39,245 nucleotides of DNA, from the IMG/VR virus record IMGVR_UViG_3300045988_032692; one strand, given 5' to 3'. The first letter of the stretch is position 1; each line of letters opens with the position of its first letter. A program made the translations under genes and the position numbers. Shown one piece after another: positions 38,003-39,245 of the stretch. This DNA comes from a virus. Below the pieces are notes generated by a model that made no database searches, was not told the origin of the DNA, and worked only from the letters and a program-made list of their open reading frames with translations.

Positions 38003-39138
38003 TCATAGATTGTATGAAATGCAAAAAGGAGATACCAGAGGGCGCGTCCTATTGCCCGTGGTGCGGAAAGAAACAGGTGCAGGGGCACCGTGGGAAATCG
38101 CGTGGAAATGGGCAGGGGTACGCCTATCAGCGGGGAAAAACATGGACGGCCCGCTGGACAGTCGCCTGCTACCTTGATGAAAACGAAAAGATGCACCAGA
38201 AAGTAAAAACGAAGGGCGGCTTCGCATCCAAGCGTGCCGCCCTACAATACGCCGCAAATCCACCGGAGAAAGAAAAATGCTCTCCAACGGTGCGGGAATA
38301 TTACAAAACCTATCTGCGTGGGGATTATCAATCGCTGTCATCCAACCGCCAGATCGCCGCAGACGCAGCATTTGAACGGTTAAAAGAGATTGCCGACTGT
38401 GAGATCGACGCGCTAACTATTCGGCAGCTGCAGGACGTCGTAGACCGCAACGCGAGCACATACTATACACGACGTGATATGAAAACGGTGCTGTCACACT
38501 GCTACAACCTTGCAATCGCAGAAAAACAAACCACTGTGAACCTCTCAAAATATATCAAACTGCCAATGCTCGAGGAGAAAACACCGGAGCCGTTCACGGA
38601 CGATGAAGTTCTGAAGCTATGGAAAACATATCCGCAGGATCATTTTATTGGGTTCATCCTCACGATGATCTACACAGGCATGATGCCAGGAGAGCTTCAA
38701 AGTCTCAAAAAGGATATGATTGACTTCGAGAAAAATGAGATCGTCGGCGGCGGTATTAAAACGCAAAAGCGAAAAGATACGCCTATGGTATTCCCGGACT
38801 TCCTCGCGCCCGTCCTGAAGGAACTATGCGAGGAAAGCAACTCGCGCGTTGGGAAGGTTTGCTGCATCAACAAGGACACTTTCTATGCGCGGTACTATGA
38901 ATGTCTCGAGCTTGCGGGTGTCCGGCGGCTCACTCCGTATTCGTGCAGACACACCACCGCAACCGCACTGGCCTCGAAAAATATTGATCCATTCACTATC
39001 AAGGAGGTCATGCGGCACAGCAAAATCACCACGACGCAGAAGTATGTTCATCCAAATATGCGAGGCATGGTCGATGCGGTCAACCAAATTCCATCTTCTG
39101 ATGTTCAATCAGCGCCAGACCCGAAAGTAACTCCGTAA
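37984..39138 (+). CDS. int: Tyrosine recombinase/integrase with N-terminal zinc ribbon
   Basis: CKKEIPEGASYCPWCG ribbon. Catalytic-domain landmarks CRHTTAT, MRHSKITTTQKYVH (Tyr nucleophile). Alternative start at 38014. Ends 52 nt before the right att copy. Confidence 0.9.
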   Translation: MVSGVVVIDCMKCKKEIPEGASYCPWCGKKQVQGHRGKSRGNGQGYAYQRGKTWTARWTVACYLDENEKMHQKVKTKGGFASKRAALQYAANPPEKEKCSPTVREYYKTYLRGDYQSLSSNRQIAADAAFERLKEIADCEIDALTIRQLQDVVDRNASTYYTRRDMKTVLSHCYNLAIAEKQTTVNLSKYIKLPMLEEKTPEPFTDDEVLKLWKTYPQDHFIGFILTMIYTGMMPGELQSLKKDMIDFEKNEIVGGGIKTQKRKDTPMVFPDFLAPVLKELCEESNSRVGKVCCINKDTFYARYYECLELAGVRRLTPYSCRHTTATALASKNIDPFTIKEVMRHSKITTTQKYVHPNMRGMVDAVNQIPSSDVQSAPDPKVTP

Positions 39139-39190
39139 GTAACAAAATCGAAAATGTGTAGTATTTTCAAAGGTTCCAAATACCCTGCTA

Positions 39191-39245
39191 AGGGAGTAGT
39201 CGTCTAAAAAGCGAGCGAGAGTTCGAATCTCTCCTTCCGCGCCAA
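39191..39245 (+). repeat. att core, right copy (displaced tRNA 3' fragment)
   Basis: Identical to 1..55. The sequence upstream (39139..39190) contains no tRNA 5' half (no GCGGAAG acceptor strand), so this copy is the remnant. Confidence 0.9.

Larger units (their letters stand above)
1..39245. mobile_element. Complete integrated temperate siphovirus-type prophage bounded by att direct repeats in a tRNA 3' end
   Basis: Perfect 55-bp repeats at both window ends. Integrase and XRE repressor on + strand at the right end. More than 60 co-oriented minus-strand genes in canonical order: early, recombination/replication, terminase, portal, head, tail, lysis. Confidence 0.9.

Overview
The window is one complete temperate siphovirus-type prophage of about 39.1 kb. 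It is bounded exactly by a perfect 55-bp direct repeat (1..55 and 39191..39245), which is the 3' end of a class-II (Ser-like) tRNA gene. Gene content looks Firmicutes/Clostridia-like (XhlA-type lysis cassette, Amidase_2 endolysin, BspA-type LRR protein, roughly 55-58% GC backbone); the host assignment is inference only. The right end carries the lysogeny module on the + strand: an XRE cI-like repressor at 36032..36403, a tyrosine integrase at 37984..39138, and four small accessory genes between them. A divergent promoter/operator switch (35907..36011) drives more than 60 co-oriented minus-strand genes. Many of these are chained by ATGA start/stop overlaps. In transcription order they are: small early ORFs; a recombination module (Rad52/Sak, NinB/Orf, SSB, RusA, HNH genes); a replication module (DUF1376 initiator with an internal iteron-like array, and a half-size beta-clamp-like protein); a nucleotide/DNA-modification module (PAPS-reductase-like, ThyX-like, dUTPase, ParB-fused methyltransferase); then TerS/TerL, portal, head, tail and lysis genes. 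Three regions are not explained by standard phage architecture. (1) An eight-gene post-lysis cargo operon (210..3684) encodes Gln/Pro/Gly-rich, Cys-rich and BclA/C1q-like proteins plus a sigma-region-4-like regulator. (2) A roughly 4-kb fibre/adhesin-like module (15454..19410; LRR+PKD, Ig-like and CBM-like proteins) sits between the portal and the MuF head-morphogenesis gene, while the usual receptor-binding slot after the tail hub is empty. (3) The repressor-integrase accessory island (36429..38002) holds two membrane proteins and two strongly signalled antisense micro-ORFs. The integrase also appears to carry Met where the first catalytic Arg is expected. All family assignments come from motif recognition by eye and have not been checked by any search.
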